Assembly: GCA_001683905.1 (NCBI GenBank)
Contig: LXQK01000131.1
Coordinates: 5,560-61,486, forward strand
Length of the DNA stretch: 55,927 nt
Source of the DNA: Marivirga sp. ANT-B6
GTDB lineage: Bacteria; Bacteroidota; Bacteroidia; Cytophagales; Cyclobacteriaceae
Direction: 5' to 3'
Below the pieces are notes generated by a model. It saw only the letters and a list, made by a program, of their open reading frames with translations. It did not search any database and had not been told where the DNA came from. Made by a program: the position numbers and the translations under genes. This document shows, in pieces, positions 17,747 to 28,468 of the stretch; position 1 is the first letter of the stretch; each line of letters opens with the position of its first letter.

Positions 17747-18637
17747 ATGGAGAAACGTGTCAAGTTTAATTTTGAAGTATATTTTACCAATGGTGGCTTT
17801 CTGAAAGGCGAAGATTTTCGGTTGGATATTGTGGGGGATACGATCACCGACGAGGCCCTTGCAGCCTGTTTAATTGAAGATTTGAACCTTTTGATGGTGG
17901 GAAAAACTGTCATTCTAAAAAAGGAGATATTACAGGAAAACCATAGACGGCAAGAAAAGCAGCAAGCGAAAAGCACCATGCTTATTGACCTAAGCCATAC
18001 GATAGAGCATGGTTTAATTACTTATAAGGGGCTTCCTGCCCCGGTTGTGTGCGATTACTTGAGCCGGGAAGATTCCAGGCAGTTTTACGAAGAAGGAACG
18101 GAATTTCAGATTGGGAAAATTGAAATGGTAGCCAATACGGGTACGTATATCGATTGTCCGTTTCATCGTTTCAAAGATGGCAAAGATCTTTCTGAAGTTG
18201 CGCTAACATCACTGGCAGACCTTGACGCGATAGTTGTTCGTGTTCCTTACCGGCAGTCAAAAGTCATTACTGTTGGTCATTTACAAGATCTATCACTCAG
18301 GAATAGGGCGGTGTTGCTCCATACCGGCTGGGATGAAAATTGGAATACACCATCCTATTATGAAAATAACCCATTCCTCAGCGAAGAAGCAGCGGAATTT
18401 TTAAAAGATGCTAATGTAAAGCTGGTAGGAATAGATTCGCATAATATTGATGATACGACAAAAAATACCAGGCCTGCCCATACGATTCTTCTAGGTGCTG
18501 GGATATTGATTGTAGAACATATGACCAATCTAACTGCATTACCTGATGATAAATTCACCTTCACCGCTGTGCCGCCTAAATTTAAAGGTGTAGGCACTTT
18601 TCCTGTCAGAGCCATGGCAAAAGTGATAACTTCGTGA
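17747..18637 (+). CDS. Cyclase-family protein (kynurenine-formamidase-like fold) with an uncharacterised N-terminal extension of about 75 aa
   Basis: Core motifs LIDLSHTIEHGLITYKGLP, LLHTGWDENW and VGIDSHNIDD. The extension MEKRVKFNFEVYFTNGGFLKGEDFRLDIVGD... has no motif I recognise. Confidence 0.7.
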   Translation: MEKRVKFNFEVYFTNGGFLKGEDFRLDIVGDTITDEALAACLIEDLNLLMVGKTVILKKEILQENHRRQEKQQAKSTMLIDLSHTIEHGLITYKGLPAPVVCDYLSREDSRQFYEEGTEFQIGKIEMVANTGTYIDCPFHRFKDGKDLSEVALTSLADLDAIVVRVPYRQSKVITVGHLQDLSLRNRAVLLHTGWDENWNTPSYYENNPFLSEEAAEFLKDANVKLVGIDSHNIDDTTKNTRPAHTILLGAGILIVEHMTNLTALPDDKFTFTAVPPKFKGVGTFPVRAMAKVITS

Positions 18638-18659
18638 ATTAAATTTCGGAAAGGGAACC

Positions 18660-19076
18660 ATGAAAAGTAGGGCAACGATACGCTGGGAAAAGGCAAGCGA
18701 AGACGTATTTACAGACCAGAAATACAGCAGGAAACATCAATGGCAATTCGATGGAGGAATAAGTGTGTGGGCTTCTGCATCGCCACAGATTGTTTCACTC
18801 CCGATGTCGGACGCGTCGGCAATAGACCCTGAAGAGGCCTTTGTAGCGTTGCTATCGAGCTGCCATATGCTATTTTTTCTTTCCATAGCAGCAAGCAATG
18901 GCTATATCGTAAATTCGTATGAAGACTTTGCTGAAGGCATTTTGGAGGAAGGCGACAACGGAGGTTTGGTGATGACTACCGTCAACCTTTATCCTCAGGT
19001 AATATTTTCTGAAAAACACGAACCTGCAGCCGAGGACCTGGTGGGCCTTCATCAGAAAGCGCATGAAAAATGCTAA
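18660..19076 (+). CDS. OsmC/Ohr-family protein
   Basis: 138 aa with PEEAFVALLSSCHMLFFLSIAA, typical of an OsmC-like subfamily. It ends at ...HQKAHEKC, directly at the second conserved Cys. Confidence 0.6.
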   Translation: MKSRATIRWEKASEDVFTDQKYSRKHQWQFDGGISVWASASPQIVSLPMSDASAIDPEEAFVALLSSCHMLFFLSIAASNGYIVNSYEDFAEGILEEGDNGGLVMTTVNLYPQVIFSEKHEPAAEDLVGLHQKAHEKC

Positions 19077-19092
19077 TTCGGTGCGAGCAAAA

Positions 19093-19566
19093 TCAATGTT
19101 TATCCGCGCTAGAGTCTTCCACGATCTCATAGCGTAAGCCGGGGCCGTCACAAGCCAGCCATGTCCCGTTCATCACGTTCTCCACGTCGGCAAATAGCAA
19201 TTCTCTTTTGGGCTGATATGTACAGGTTCCAATTAAGTCATTGTGCGCATCGTAATCCAACTGCAGGTATTTGCCATCTTTCAGATCAATGAATTCAAAG
19301 GTGCCGGTAGCCTTTTTGGTTATTCCATCCTGGGTACGGGACTTCATAAATGTCCGATCTGAATGCAAAATGTAGTACTCCTGCCATGCCATGGCCCTCC
19401 CGGTAGTTGCTGAACCCTTGAAGGAGCCTGTCATCTGAGTCAACTGCCATTTTTGGGGAAAACCATTTTCAGCAACGGAGCTATCCTCAGATTCAGCCTC
19501 ATAACGCTGGCAAGACATTAGTCCAATAAGCAGAACCATTGCGAAATATCGATAAGCGGTTTTCAT
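19093..19566 (-). CDS. Hypothetical lipoprotein
   Basis: Lipobox LLIGLMSCQ. I recognised no other domain. Confidence 0.6.
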   Translation of the reverse strand: MKTAYRYFAMVLLIGLMSCQRYEAESEDSSVAENGFPQKWQLTQMTGSFKGSATTGRAMAWQEYYILHSDRTFMKSRTQDGITKKATGTFEFIDLKDGKYLQLDYDAHNDLIGTCTYQPKRELLFADVENVMNGTWLACDGPGLRYEIVEDSSADKH

Positions 19567-19837
19567 TGTTTATATATCGGGGTTTGAAAATATCTTTTCC
19601 AGGTTTAAGTGTTTAAAAAACGCTAACTTTTAAATTAAATTGGGTACAAGTCATAAAGTTGCCCTTACTTATCTTTTCTTAAATATAAGTAATATCAGCT
19701 GTTAAATATAAATTTGTAAAAATGGAACAATTTATGCTCAAAAACTCTTTAATTATCTGGATTATAGACTAACCGTCTTTGATGCTACCCTTTTATGCTT
19801 AAATCTTCATAAGAATTTTTTACGTTTTTAGCTGCCA

Positions 19838-22800
19838 TTGAAAAAATTAAAGAGACTTCCTAAAGCTATAAGAATTACACTGAAAGTAATAATGTGGCTC
19901 TTTATCGCTATATTTTCGATCCTATTGCTTGTAATTGTAGCCCTGCAGTTTCCACAAACTCAGCAGTTTTTAACTGGTAAGGCCGTTAGCTTTTTAGAAA
20001 AGAAGCTAAATACCGAAGTACGACTGGGGGAAATCAATGTTTCGTTTCCAAAATCCATTGTGCTGAAGGATATTTATATTGAGGATTTACAACAGGATAC
20101 TTTACTTTATGCGCATCGCCTTGCCATAGACATTGATATGTTCGCCCTCATTAATCAAAATGTAGAGATCAACTCTATTGAACTTGAAAATTTGACGGCA
20201 AATGTCTCTCGTACCCTTCCCGATACAACATTTAATTACAATTTTATTTTGGATGCTTTTGCTTCTGATTCTTCTGCTACGGAAGATACGACCAGCTCCC
20301 CCTGGAAAATCTCTTTGCTTAACCTGGAATTGCAGCAAATACACCTGACCTATGCTGATGAACTCACGCAAACTAACGCGTCCCTAAACCTGGGTTATCT
20401 ACTGGTAGACATAGGCAAATTTGATCTAAACAACGATGAGATATTCGTTGATCTGATTGATCTAAGGGATACCCGCGCCGTAGTTTCTTTAACGCCTGTA
20501 CCCGACCCTGACCCTGATGAGGATGACACAACGGCTGCCGAACCCATAGCCTTTAATTTTGGAATGGACCAGTTGAATCTGGAAAATGTGGAAGTAGAAT
20601 ATACGGATAGAACGAGCAGACAGGAATTGGCCGTTGCACTTGGAAAGTTAAAAATTGAAGCTGAGCAATTTGATCTTCCAAACCAGGAGATCGCACTATC
20701 GAGCATCAGGCTATTACATTCGGAGATTTCTTATATTCAAAAAGAAATTGACAGGCCTGATACGTTAAACACTCCTGAAGATCTCCCGAAGAACGTTCAG
20801 AAAAATGTAGAGGAAAAAGTAGATCAAAAAGCGGCTACTTCGCCAGGCTGGACTGTTAGCTTGGGAGAATTATTTCTGGCGGATAATAATTTTCGGTACG
20901 AAAATTTCAACGAACCAGTGCAAGATGAAGGAATGGATTTTAACCATCTTTTGGTCTCTAATATCCAAATGAAAGTAAATGATATCCGTTATAGTGAAAA
21001 TGAAATCCAGGCCGATTTAAACCATTTCTCTTTTCGGGAAAAAAGTGGTTTTGTGCTCTCGAATTTCACGACCGAGATCAGGGTGGATAAGACAAAGGCA
21101 GCACTGAATAACCTCCTGATTAAAACACCGCATACCGAAATAAAGGATCATATCGCAATCAGCTACAGTTCGCTCGATCAAGTGGGCGCTAATATTGCAG
21201 AGATGGGATTAGATGTTCATCTCGACAATACCAGTATCGGCTTTGCTGATATATTATTTTTGCAACCAGCTTTAGCCTCCGATCCGTCGTTCAAAAAATT
21301 AAAAAATGCCAATGTAGTGTTGAACACAAGCATAGATGGAAAGGTAGGAGATTTAAACATTGCCTATTTTAAATTGAACGCGTTACGAGCGACCACATTA
21401 TCTCTCGAAGGGCAGGTGAAAGGTTTACCTGATATGGCAAAAGCCTATTTCGATTTACAAGTAAAAAATCTCTCTACCAGCAGACAAGACGTGGTAAGCC
21501 TAATTCCTCCAGGATCGATACCTCCGGAATATAACCTGCCCAATTCCATCCGTATGACGGCGGATTTTACAGGCTATATTGACGATTTTAAGGCCAGTGC
21601 CAACATTGTTACCAGCCTGGGTAGTTTGGTAGCAAACGCAGCGTTAGACGCCGGGGCCGGGGAAGGGAATGAGGCTTATCATGCCAATATTAAGTTGCAG
21701 CAATTTCAACTAGGTAGGCTTTTAGGGCAAGACTCCACGATGGGTATGTTGAGCCTCAGGGCAAAAGTGGATGGTACAGGGTTAATGCCTGAAAATATGA
21801 AAGCTAAGCTGGAAGCAGTAATCGAAACCTTTGAATTTAACCAATATGCATACAATAATATTGTGATCAACGGGGTGGTGATGGGTCCTCAGTTTAGTGG
21901 CGATATCAAGATAGATGATGAAAACTTACAACTGGCGTTCGATGGGAATGTGAATATGAAAGATTCCATTCCAGATGTAGATTTTGTGCTTGAATTAGGT
22001 GGGGCAGACCTTCAGGCACTTAATCTTTCGGAAGATGAACTAAGCGTAAAAGGACGGATCGAGGCACATTTTACCGGTAGCAGCCTTAACGACATGAATG
22101 GTGATGTGGGCATTCGGAAAGTCCTGATTGTAAAAGATGGTGTCAGCTACCCTATCGACTCTTTAATTTATGCGTCTATCAATGAAGAAAGAAAGACCGA
22201 TATTTCACTTGACTCAGAGCTATTTTCAGCAACTTTCAATGGCACTATTAATATTGGTGATTTACCGGAGGTACTGCAGCGGCACGTCAACAGATACTAT
22301 AATTTAAAATTGGATGAGGAGGATTTCGAAGAACCACTCAAGCCACAAAACTTCGAATTCGAAATTGTACTCAAAGATACCGATTTGCTTACGGACGTCA
22401 TTTTCCCTGATATCAACACTTTTATTCCGGGACGAATCTCAGGCATATACGATAGTGAAGCAGCCAACCTGGAACTTCAGTTGCAGATTCCAAAATTAGA
22501 TTATGCAGGCACCAAGCTCAATAGCTTCAACCTGTTTGTCAATTCGGATCCTGATCAGCTGTTTTATGCAATTAGTTTGGATGAGATCAGACAGGGAGAT
22601 ATTATGATAAACAACTTTGCCATCGTCGGTGGCGTGCAAAATGATATTATTGAAACAAAGCTTCAGATTGTGGACAGCTTGGGCCAGGAACAGTATGTGC
22701 TTGCAGGAGAATTCCGTAGCATAGAGGAAGCGTTTCAGTTTCATTTTTCACCCGATGCGCTCGTGCTAAATTATGAGCCATGGCAAGTGGCAGAAGAAAA

Positions 22801-24877
22801 TTTTCTACAATTTGGAGGAGCTAAGCCGTTATTTGCCAATGAGCTCGTCATCAGCAATCAGGGCCAAAGCATAGCAGTCAATACCCTGAATGACGCTGAT
22901 TCCACGCTACAAATACTTTTAGATAATTTTAACCTCTCTACGGTCTCACGGATCATTGAGTCGGACCAGGACTTTCTGACGGGCGCTTTAGACGGCGAGG
23001 TAGATTTAAAAAGCGGACCGCAGGGTTTAGCATTTACTTCAGACCTACTGATCAGCAACTTTGCCTATAAAGGTGACACCCTGGGGAATGTGGATATTAA
23101 AGCCAATAATACTTTTCAGGATAGGTATAATGTAGAAGTAGCTATTAATGGGAATGGCAATGAAATAATGCTTGCTGGTTTCTACCAGACAGATTCAGTT
23201 GCCAATAAATTGGATCTAAACCTGGATATAGCAAACTTAAATCTGGCAACAATAGAATCTTTTACCGCGGGACAGTTAACAAATCTGGAAGGTGCGCTTC
23301 AAGGCAATCTTAATATTACTGGCAGTACAGCAAGCCCAAATATCAGAGGCGAGTTGGAATTTAAAAATACAGCGCTCAATCTGACAACATTAGGAACGCG
23401 ATTCACGATTGAAAATGAAGTCATCAATTTTGTTCCTGAAGGAATTAACTTCAATGAATTTGAAATTTTGGATATCAACGGGAACAGGGCGCTGGTGAAT
23501 GGAAACATTTTGACACAGGATTATACAGCGTTCATATTTCGGCTTGACGTAAGCACGCGAGATTTTACAGTACTCAACACCAAGTCAGATCCGAAAGTAG
23601 ACTATTATGGAAAAGTACAACTGGATAGTGACATCCAGGTGAGGGGTGATTTAAATCAGCCTGTAGTAGATATGCGCCTGAGCTTAGGAGAGGGTACTGA
23701 CTTTTATTACGTCATCAGGGATGATGAACCTGCCACTGCTGAGTTGGAAGGTGTAGTGGAATTTATAGATAAAGATATGAATATGGGGCCCATCATGGCC
23801 CAGGCTATTCGTGAATCTGCAGATACAGCGGCAGTTGCATTACGAGGGTTTGAGCTCTCAGCTATCATTGAGGTAAAACCTGAGGCAAGCTTTCAAGTAG
23901 TAATAGATGAAGTAGCGGGAGATTACTTATCATTGAAGGGATCAGGTACACTGAATTTTGGGTTAGATCCGAGTGGAAAAAACACGCTAACAGGTCGGTA
24001 TGAAATAGCTCAAGGAAGCTATCAGATGACTTTCTATGACTTTGTACGTCGGCAATTTTCTATAGAAAGAGGCAGTAATATCACCTGGGCAGGCGACCCT
24101 TTGGAGGCTACGGTAGATATTTCAGCGATCTATACAGTCCAAACTTCAGCCTACGAGCTTTACCAAAATCCTGCCGCGCGCCAGCAAATGATGTTTGATG
24201 TGTATCTTAACATGGACGGAGAGCTACTGGAACCAGAAATATCGTTTGCAATTAAAGTAAATGAGGATGAGCGGAGCAATATCAGAGAGCAGATGTCAGC
24301 GCAACTCCTGGCCTTGAATGAGCAGGAATCGGAATTGAACAAGCAGGTATTTGCCTTATTGATCCTAAAACGATTTATTGCGTCGAACCCTTTGGATGGA
24401 GGCGATTCGGGTGGGCTTTCATCTACAGTGCGAAATAGTGTCAGCAAAATCTTGACACAGCAGCTCAATAGACTTGCCGACAAAGTAGGTGGCGTGCAGC
24501 TGGAAGTAGACCTACAGTCTTATGAAGATTATTCTTCCGGATCTGGCGAAGGAAGGACGGATCTTGAGCTAGGGCTTTCGAAAAACTTATTTAACGACCG
24601 GGTAACAGTGAGCGTTGGTGGCAACATCAACCTGGAGGGTGGAAATGCTGGGCAACAAGGCCCCGCCAATGATATTGTTGGTGACCTTTCGGTGAGATAT
24701 AAGATTACTGAAGACGGCAGGTATGTGCTGGAAGCTTTTCGAGAAGGACAATTTGAAGGTTTGCTGGATGGGCTAGTCGTAAGAACGGGCGTAGGACTGA
24801 TTTTCACTCGCCAGTACGACAGGTTGAGGGAATTATTCTATAAGACGACCGAAGAAAAAAAAGAAGAGAATGATTAA
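19838..24877 (+). CDS. tamB: Translocation and assembly module protein TamB (DUF490-type giant periplasm-spanning protein)
   Basis: 1679 aa with an N-terminal TM anchor (VIMWLFIAIFSILLLVIVAL) and a long beta-rich repetitive body. The C-terminal region (...LSVRYKITEDGRYVLEAFRE...GVGLIFTRQY) is typical of TamB. It lies directly upstream of an Omp85-family gene. The start is TTG. Confidence 0.8.
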   Translation: MKKLKRLPKAIRITLKVIMWLFIAIFSILLLVIVALQFPQTQQFLTGKAVSFLEKKLNTEVRLGEINVSFPKSIVLKDIYIEDLQQDTLLYAHRLAIDIDMFALINQNVEINSIELENLTANVSRTLPDTTFNYNFILDAFASDSSATEDTTSSPWKISLLNLELQQIHLTYADELTQTNASLNLGYLLVDIGKFDLNNDEIFVDLIDLRDTRAVVSLTPVPDPDPDEDDTTAAEPIAFNFGMDQLNLENVEVEYTDRTSRQELAVALGKLKIEAEQFDLPNQEIALSSIRLLHSEISYIQKEIDRPDTLNTPEDLPKNVQKNVEEKVDQKAATSPGWTVSLGELFLADNNFRYENFNEPVQDEGMDFNHLLVSNIQMKVNDIRYSENEIQADLNHFSFREKSGFVLSNFTTEIRVDKTKAALNNLLIKTPHTEIKDHIAISYSSLDQVGANIAEMGLDVHLDNTSIGFADILFLQPALASDPSFKKLKNANVVLNTSIDGKVGDLNIAYFKLNALRATTLSLEGQVKGLPDMAKAYFDLQVKNLSTSRQDVVSLIPPGSIPPEYNLPNSIRMTADFTGYIDDFKASANIVTSLGSLVANAALDAGAGEGNEAYHANIKLQQFQLGRLLGQDSTMGMLSLRAKVDGTGLMPENMKAKLEAVIETFEFNQYAYNNIVINGVVMGPQFSGDIKIDDENLQLAFDGNVNMKDSIPDVDFVLELGGADLQALNLSEDELSVKGRIEAHFTGSSLNDMNGDVGIRKVLIVKDGVSYPIDSLIYASINEERKTDISLDSELFSATFNGTINIGDLPEVLQRHVNRYYNLKLDEEDFEEPLKPQNFEFEIVLKDTDLLTDVIFPDINTFIPGRISGIYDSEAANLELQLQIPKLDYAGTKLNSFNLFVNSDPDQLFYAISLDEIRQGDIMINNFAIVGGVQNDIIETKLQIVDSLGQEQYVLAGEFRSIEEAFQFHFSPDALVLNYEPWQVAEENFLQFGGAKPLFANELVISNQGQSIAVNTLNDADSTLQILLDNFNLSTVSRIIESDQDFLTGALDGEVDLKSGPQGLAFTSDLLISNFAYKGDTLGNVDIKANNTFQDRYNVEVAINGNGNEIMLAGFYQTDSVANKLDLNLDIANLNLATIESFTAGQLTNLEGALQGNLNITGSTASPNIRGELEFKNTALNLTTLGTRFTIENEVINFVPEGINFNEFEILDINGNRALVNGNILTQDYTAFIFRLDVSTRDFTVLNTKSDPKVDYYGKVQLDSDIQVRGDLNQPVVDMRLSLGEGTDFYYVIRDDEPATAELEGVVEFIDKDMNMGPIMAQAIRESADTAAVALRGFELSAIIEVKPEASFQVVIDEVAGDYLSLKGSGTLNFGLDPSGKNTLTGRYEIAQGSYQMTFYDFVRRQFSIERGSNITWAGDPLEATVDISAIYTVQTSAYELYQNPAARQQMMFDVYLNMDGELLEPEISFAIKVNEDERSNIREQMSAQLLALNEQESELNKQVFALLILKRFIASNPLDGGDSGGLSSTVRNSVSKILTQQLNRLADKVGGVQLEVDLQSYEDYSSGSGEGRTDLELGLSKNLFNDRVTVSVGGNINLEGGNAGQQGPANDIVGDLSVRYKITEDGRYVLEAFREGQFEGLLDGLVVRTGVGLIFTRQYDRLRELFYKTTEEKKEEND

Positions 24878-24900
24878 ATAAGTTAAGGCTATTAAAACCA

Positions 24901-27252
24901 ATGAGATTTTTAAATACTTCTTCCTTTCAACTTTCTACTTTTTCAGCCATTGTTATTTTGGGGTTATCGTTGGTCAGCTGTAAGGGAACTAAATTTTTGG
25001 CTGAAAATGAAATTCTCTATACCGGTGCAGACATTAATATTGAAAATCAGGGGAAAATACCATCAAAGAAAGCGTTGACCAATGAGTTAAGCGAACTGGT
25101 AAGGCCCAAGCCCAACCAGTCTATCTTTGGCATGCGGCCAAAACTTTGGATTTATATGGTTACACGCGATAGTACCAAAGATAAGGGCCTCAAAAATTGG
25201 ATCAATAATAAATTAGGCGAGCCACCAGTCTTGCTAAAAACAGCAATACCCGAAAATTCGGCTACATTGATGACAAATTCCCTCTATAATAAGGGGTATT
25301 TTCAAGCTGAAGTAGCATACCAGGTGAACAAAAAGAAAAAAACCGCAGAAGTAGAATATACGGCAAGTATAAAAAGTCCTTACCGGATTCGTCATATCAT
25401 CTTCCCCAACGACTCTGTCGCACCAGACTCTATCGATTCAGCCACGCCTGTTGAAATCAGAAAGAAAATCCAAAGCATTAAAGATGAAAGCCTGCTACAA
25501 GTAGGGAATCAATACAAGCTGGACGTTTTAATTGAAGAAAGGGAAAGAATCGATCGAGCGTTAAAAAACCAAGGGTATTATTACTTTAATCCTGACTACC
25601 TTCTTTTTCAGGTAGACAGTACAGTTGGAGATCGACAGGTTAACGTTTATTTGAAGGTAAAGCCCAATATCCCTAACGAAGCAGAGCAGGTTTTCTTCAT
25701 GAATAATATCTACATCGACGACGACCACCAACTGGTGCGTGATACAGCAAACATACGGGCCGATACCATCATGGTCAATGATTATCATTATATCTCAAAT
25801 AATGACCTGTTTAGACCGCGCATCATCACCGAATCGGTGTTTTTGAGGCCCGATAGCATCTACTCCCGAAAAGCACATGACCAGACCTTGCGTAGATTGA
25901 TGGGTTTGGGCGCCTTTAATTTTGTGAACGTTCGTTTTGAAGAAGTAGGATCAAACCTGCTTAATGCCAGTGTGCAACTGACCCCTATGAAGAAAAAATC
26001 TATTGAAGCCGAGCTGCAGGCGGTTTCAAAATCTAATGGATTTGCCGGTCCTGGTCTAAATATTTCTTTTAGGAACAGGAATACCTTTGGGGGAGCGGAG
26101 TTGCTTACCATTCGCGGCATATCAGGATATGAGACACAAATCTCAGGGCGACAGTCGGGCTTGAATACTTATGAACTCGGCCTTGAGGCAGAATTGCTGA
26201 TTCCCCGATTTATTACCCCTTTCAATATCCGGGTATCAAGCAATTTTGTCCCCAAAACCAAGATTACCCTGGGATACAGGCTGCAGAACAGGGTAAATTA
26301 TTTTCGGCTAAATTCATTCAGTTTTGCCTTAGGCTATATCTGGAAGGAAGATGTAAAAAAACAGCATGAGTTTAACCCTATTAATATTAACTACCTTAAA
26401 GTAGGAAATACAAGTACTGTTTTTGACTCCTTATTATCATCAAGTCCCGTACTGGCCAGAAGCTTTGCGCAACAGTTCATACTAGGAACCACCTATTCAT
26501 TTACCTACAACACTAAGTTGGAAGAAAGGAGAACCAATGAGTTTTACTTTAATGGCAATATCGATATCTCGGGCAATACAATGCACCTGATACAAAACGG
26601 TGTCAATGACGAAGATGCAACAGTTGAGGAACCCTACACCATATTTGGAACGGCCTATTCACAATATACACGCGTAGATACAGACTTCAGGTACTACCAT
26701 AACTTCAGTTCCTCAAGCTCCATCGCAACACGCTTTATAGCCGGTGTCGGTGTGCCCTACGGCAATTCCTCGACCTTGCCTTATATAAAACAATTCTTTA
26801 TTGGCGGCACCAATAGTATAAGAGCTTTTCCTGCTCGCGCACTGGGGCCTGGAACTTATGTAACGCCGGATTCTGTACAACGTTTTCTCATCGATCAGGT
26901 AGGAGATATCAGACTGGAATTTAATACCGAATATCGCTTCGATATTTATAGTGTTTTTAAGGGTGCGCTATTTTTTGACGCAGGCAATATCTGGCTCATC
27001 AGGGATAATCCAGAAAGGCCGGGAGGCACCTTTGACACCAAAACCTTTTTAAATCAGCTGGCCGTAGGTACGGGTTTCGGTGTTAGAATAGATGCCTCAT
27101 TCTTCGTATTACGTTTCGACCTGGCCTTCCCGCTTCGAATTCCTTATCCTGGTGAGGAGGAGCGGTGGGTTATCGACGAAATCGATATTGGTAGCTCCAC
27201 CTGGAGAAAAAACAATCTAATATTGAATATAGCCATTGGCTACCCGTTCTAA
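24901..27252 (+). CDS. Omp85/BamA-family outer-membrane protein (TamA-like partner)
   Basis: 783 aa with a signal/lipobox LGLSLVSC and POTRA-like N-terminal repeats. The C-terminal barrel shows FFIGGTNSIRAF, LFFDAGNIW and a terminal ...NIAIGYPF. Confidence 0.8.
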   Translation: MRFLNTSSFQLSTFSAIVILGLSLVSCKGTKFLAENEILYTGADINIENQGKIPSKKALTNELSELVRPKPNQSIFGMRPKLWIYMVTRDSTKDKGLKNWINNKLGEPPVLLKTAIPENSATLMTNSLYNKGYFQAEVAYQVNKKKKTAEVEYTASIKSPYRIRHIIFPNDSVAPDSIDSATPVEIRKKIQSIKDESLLQVGNQYKLDVLIEERERIDRALKNQGYYYFNPDYLLFQVDSTVGDRQVNVYLKVKPNIPNEAEQVFFMNNIYIDDDHQLVRDTANIRADTIMVNDYHYISNNDLFRPRIITESVFLRPDSIYSRKAHDQTLRRLMGLGAFNFVNVRFEEVGSNLLNASVQLTPMKKKSIEAELQAVSKSNGFAGPGLNISFRNRNTFGGAELLTIRGISGYETQISGRQSGLNTYELGLEAELLIPRFITPFNIRVSSNFVPKTKITLGYRLQNRVNYFRLNSFSFALGYIWKEDVKKQHEFNPININYLKVGNTSTVFDSLLSSSPVLARSFAQQFILGTTYSFTYNTKLEERRTNEFYFNGNIDISGNTMHLIQNGVNDEDATVEEPYTIFGTAYSQYTRVDTDFRYYHNFSSSSSIATRFIAGVGVPYGNSSTLPYIKQFFIGGTNSIRAFPARALGPGTYVTPDSVQRFLIDQVGDIRLEFNTEYRFDIYSVFKGALFFDAGNIWLIRDNPERPGGTFDTKTFLNQLAVGTGFGVRIDASFFVLRFDLAFPLRIPYPGEEERWVIDEIDIGSSTWRKNNLILNIAIGYPF

Positions 27253-27342
27253 ATTCCTCACAATATTTTATTAGTCTCTTTAATTAGATTTTTTAGCAAG
27301 TAATTTGCAATATTTGCAGCAGATTTACGGTTAATAAAAACT

Positions 27343-28320
27343 ATGCTTAAAAAAATCATGATGAATAGTACATTTCGATCTACCGCTCTTATCCTTATTT
27401 TCGGAAGTTTCTTATTTCAAGGCTGTCTTAGCAAAGAAGAAGAAACTGATTTCCAAAAACAAAGACGAATTGATACAGAACTAATAACAAAATATATTGC
27501 TGAAAATAACATCACCGCCACACAGGCAGGCGACGGATATTATTTTTATCCCGTAGTAGAAAATGCTGATGGTGAAACGACAGAAAAGAACAATATTTTG
27601 GGCGTATATTATACGATGTCGCTGCTAAACGGAATAGTGATAGGCTCGCATAGTCCCGCAAACGGCGCTCCCATTAAGTTTGAGCACCTCAACGGTACTA
27701 TTGTTCCGGTAGGGCTGGACCTGGGTGCTTCGCAGATGAAAGAAGGTGAAAAGTATAACTTCATTATCCCTTCTACCCTCGCTTTTGCCAGTTTTTCTGC
27801 GGCAAATATGCCCGCCAATGCTGTTTTGTTGTTGAGTTTGGAGCTCGCGGAAGTGCTGACTCCGGCAGAACAACGGGCCTTTGAAAGCGATACAATCGAT
27901 GCCTATATCGAAGCATTTGAACTCAATGATATAGCACCTATAGAGAAAACGGCAAGTGGACTGTATTTTCAGTCTAAAGAAGAGGGCACGGGCGCCAATC
28001 CTTCCACCGGTGAGCGGGTAACGGTAAATTACGTGGGAACATTCTTAGATGGTACCGAATTTGATAAATCTCCCGTAGGAAGTCCTTTCGAATTCGCCCT
28101 GGGCCAGGGGCAGGTGATCAAAGGATGGGACGAGGGCATTAAGCTGATGAAAAAAGGTGGTAAGGCGAGGTTGATTATTCCGTCTCATTTGGCCTATGGC
28201 GCAAGCTATCGGGTTTTTCCGCAAAGCTTCGTTGATCCTTTGGTAGAACAGGGGTTCCCTTCACTGGCTAAGGCTATCCCTCCTTTCTCTATATTAATAT
28301 TTGATGTAGAACTGCTTTAA
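27343..28320 (+). CDS. FKBP-type peptidyl-prolyl cis-trans isomerase lipoprotein (degenerate N-terminal plus canonical C-terminal FKBP domain)
   Basis: Lipobox FLFQGC. The C-terminal domain shows VTVNYVGTFLDGTEFDKS...FEFALGQGQVIKGWDEGIKLMKKGGKARLIIPSHLAYG...IFDVELL. Confidence 0.85.
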   Translation: MLKKIMMNSTFRSTALILIFGSFLFQGCLSKEEETDFQKQRRIDTELITKYIAENNITATQAGDGYYFYPVVENADGETTEKNNILGVYYTMSLLNGIVIGSHSPANGAPIKFEHLNGTIVPVGLDLGASQMKEGEKYNFIIPSTLAFASFSAANMPANAVLLLSLELAEVLTPAEQRAFESDTIDAYIEAFELNDIAPIEKTASGLYFQSKEEGTGANPSTGERVTVNYVGTFLDGTEFDKSPVGSPFEFALGQGQVIKGWDEGIKLMKKGGKARLIIPSHLAYGASYRVFPQSFVDPLVEQGFPSLAKAIPPFSILIFDVELL

Positions 28321-28338
28321 AACTTATACCACATTTAG

Positions 28339-28371
28339 AAAGACGCTGTAACCATTACGGTGTCTTTTTTT
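28339..28371 (+). terminator. Rho-independent terminator after the FKBP gene
   Basis: The stem AAGACGC...GGTGTCTT (with G-U pairs) is followed by T7, read directly. Confidence 0.55.
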
Positions 28372-28468
28372 GCTTCAATTGCAACTTAACTAAAAAACGT
28401 TGCATAGTTTTAGTGAAAATAGTTTTATTGCAGAAAGTAAAACCCGCACAGCATCAATTCAGCCGAAA

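Noticed and set aside
19838-19840. The TTG start of tamB as a possible mis-annotation.
   Set aside because: There is no in-frame ATG before the predicted TM anchor, and the TTG-initiated N-terminus (MKKLKRLPK followed by a TM segment) looks normal for TamB, so it is kept as is.
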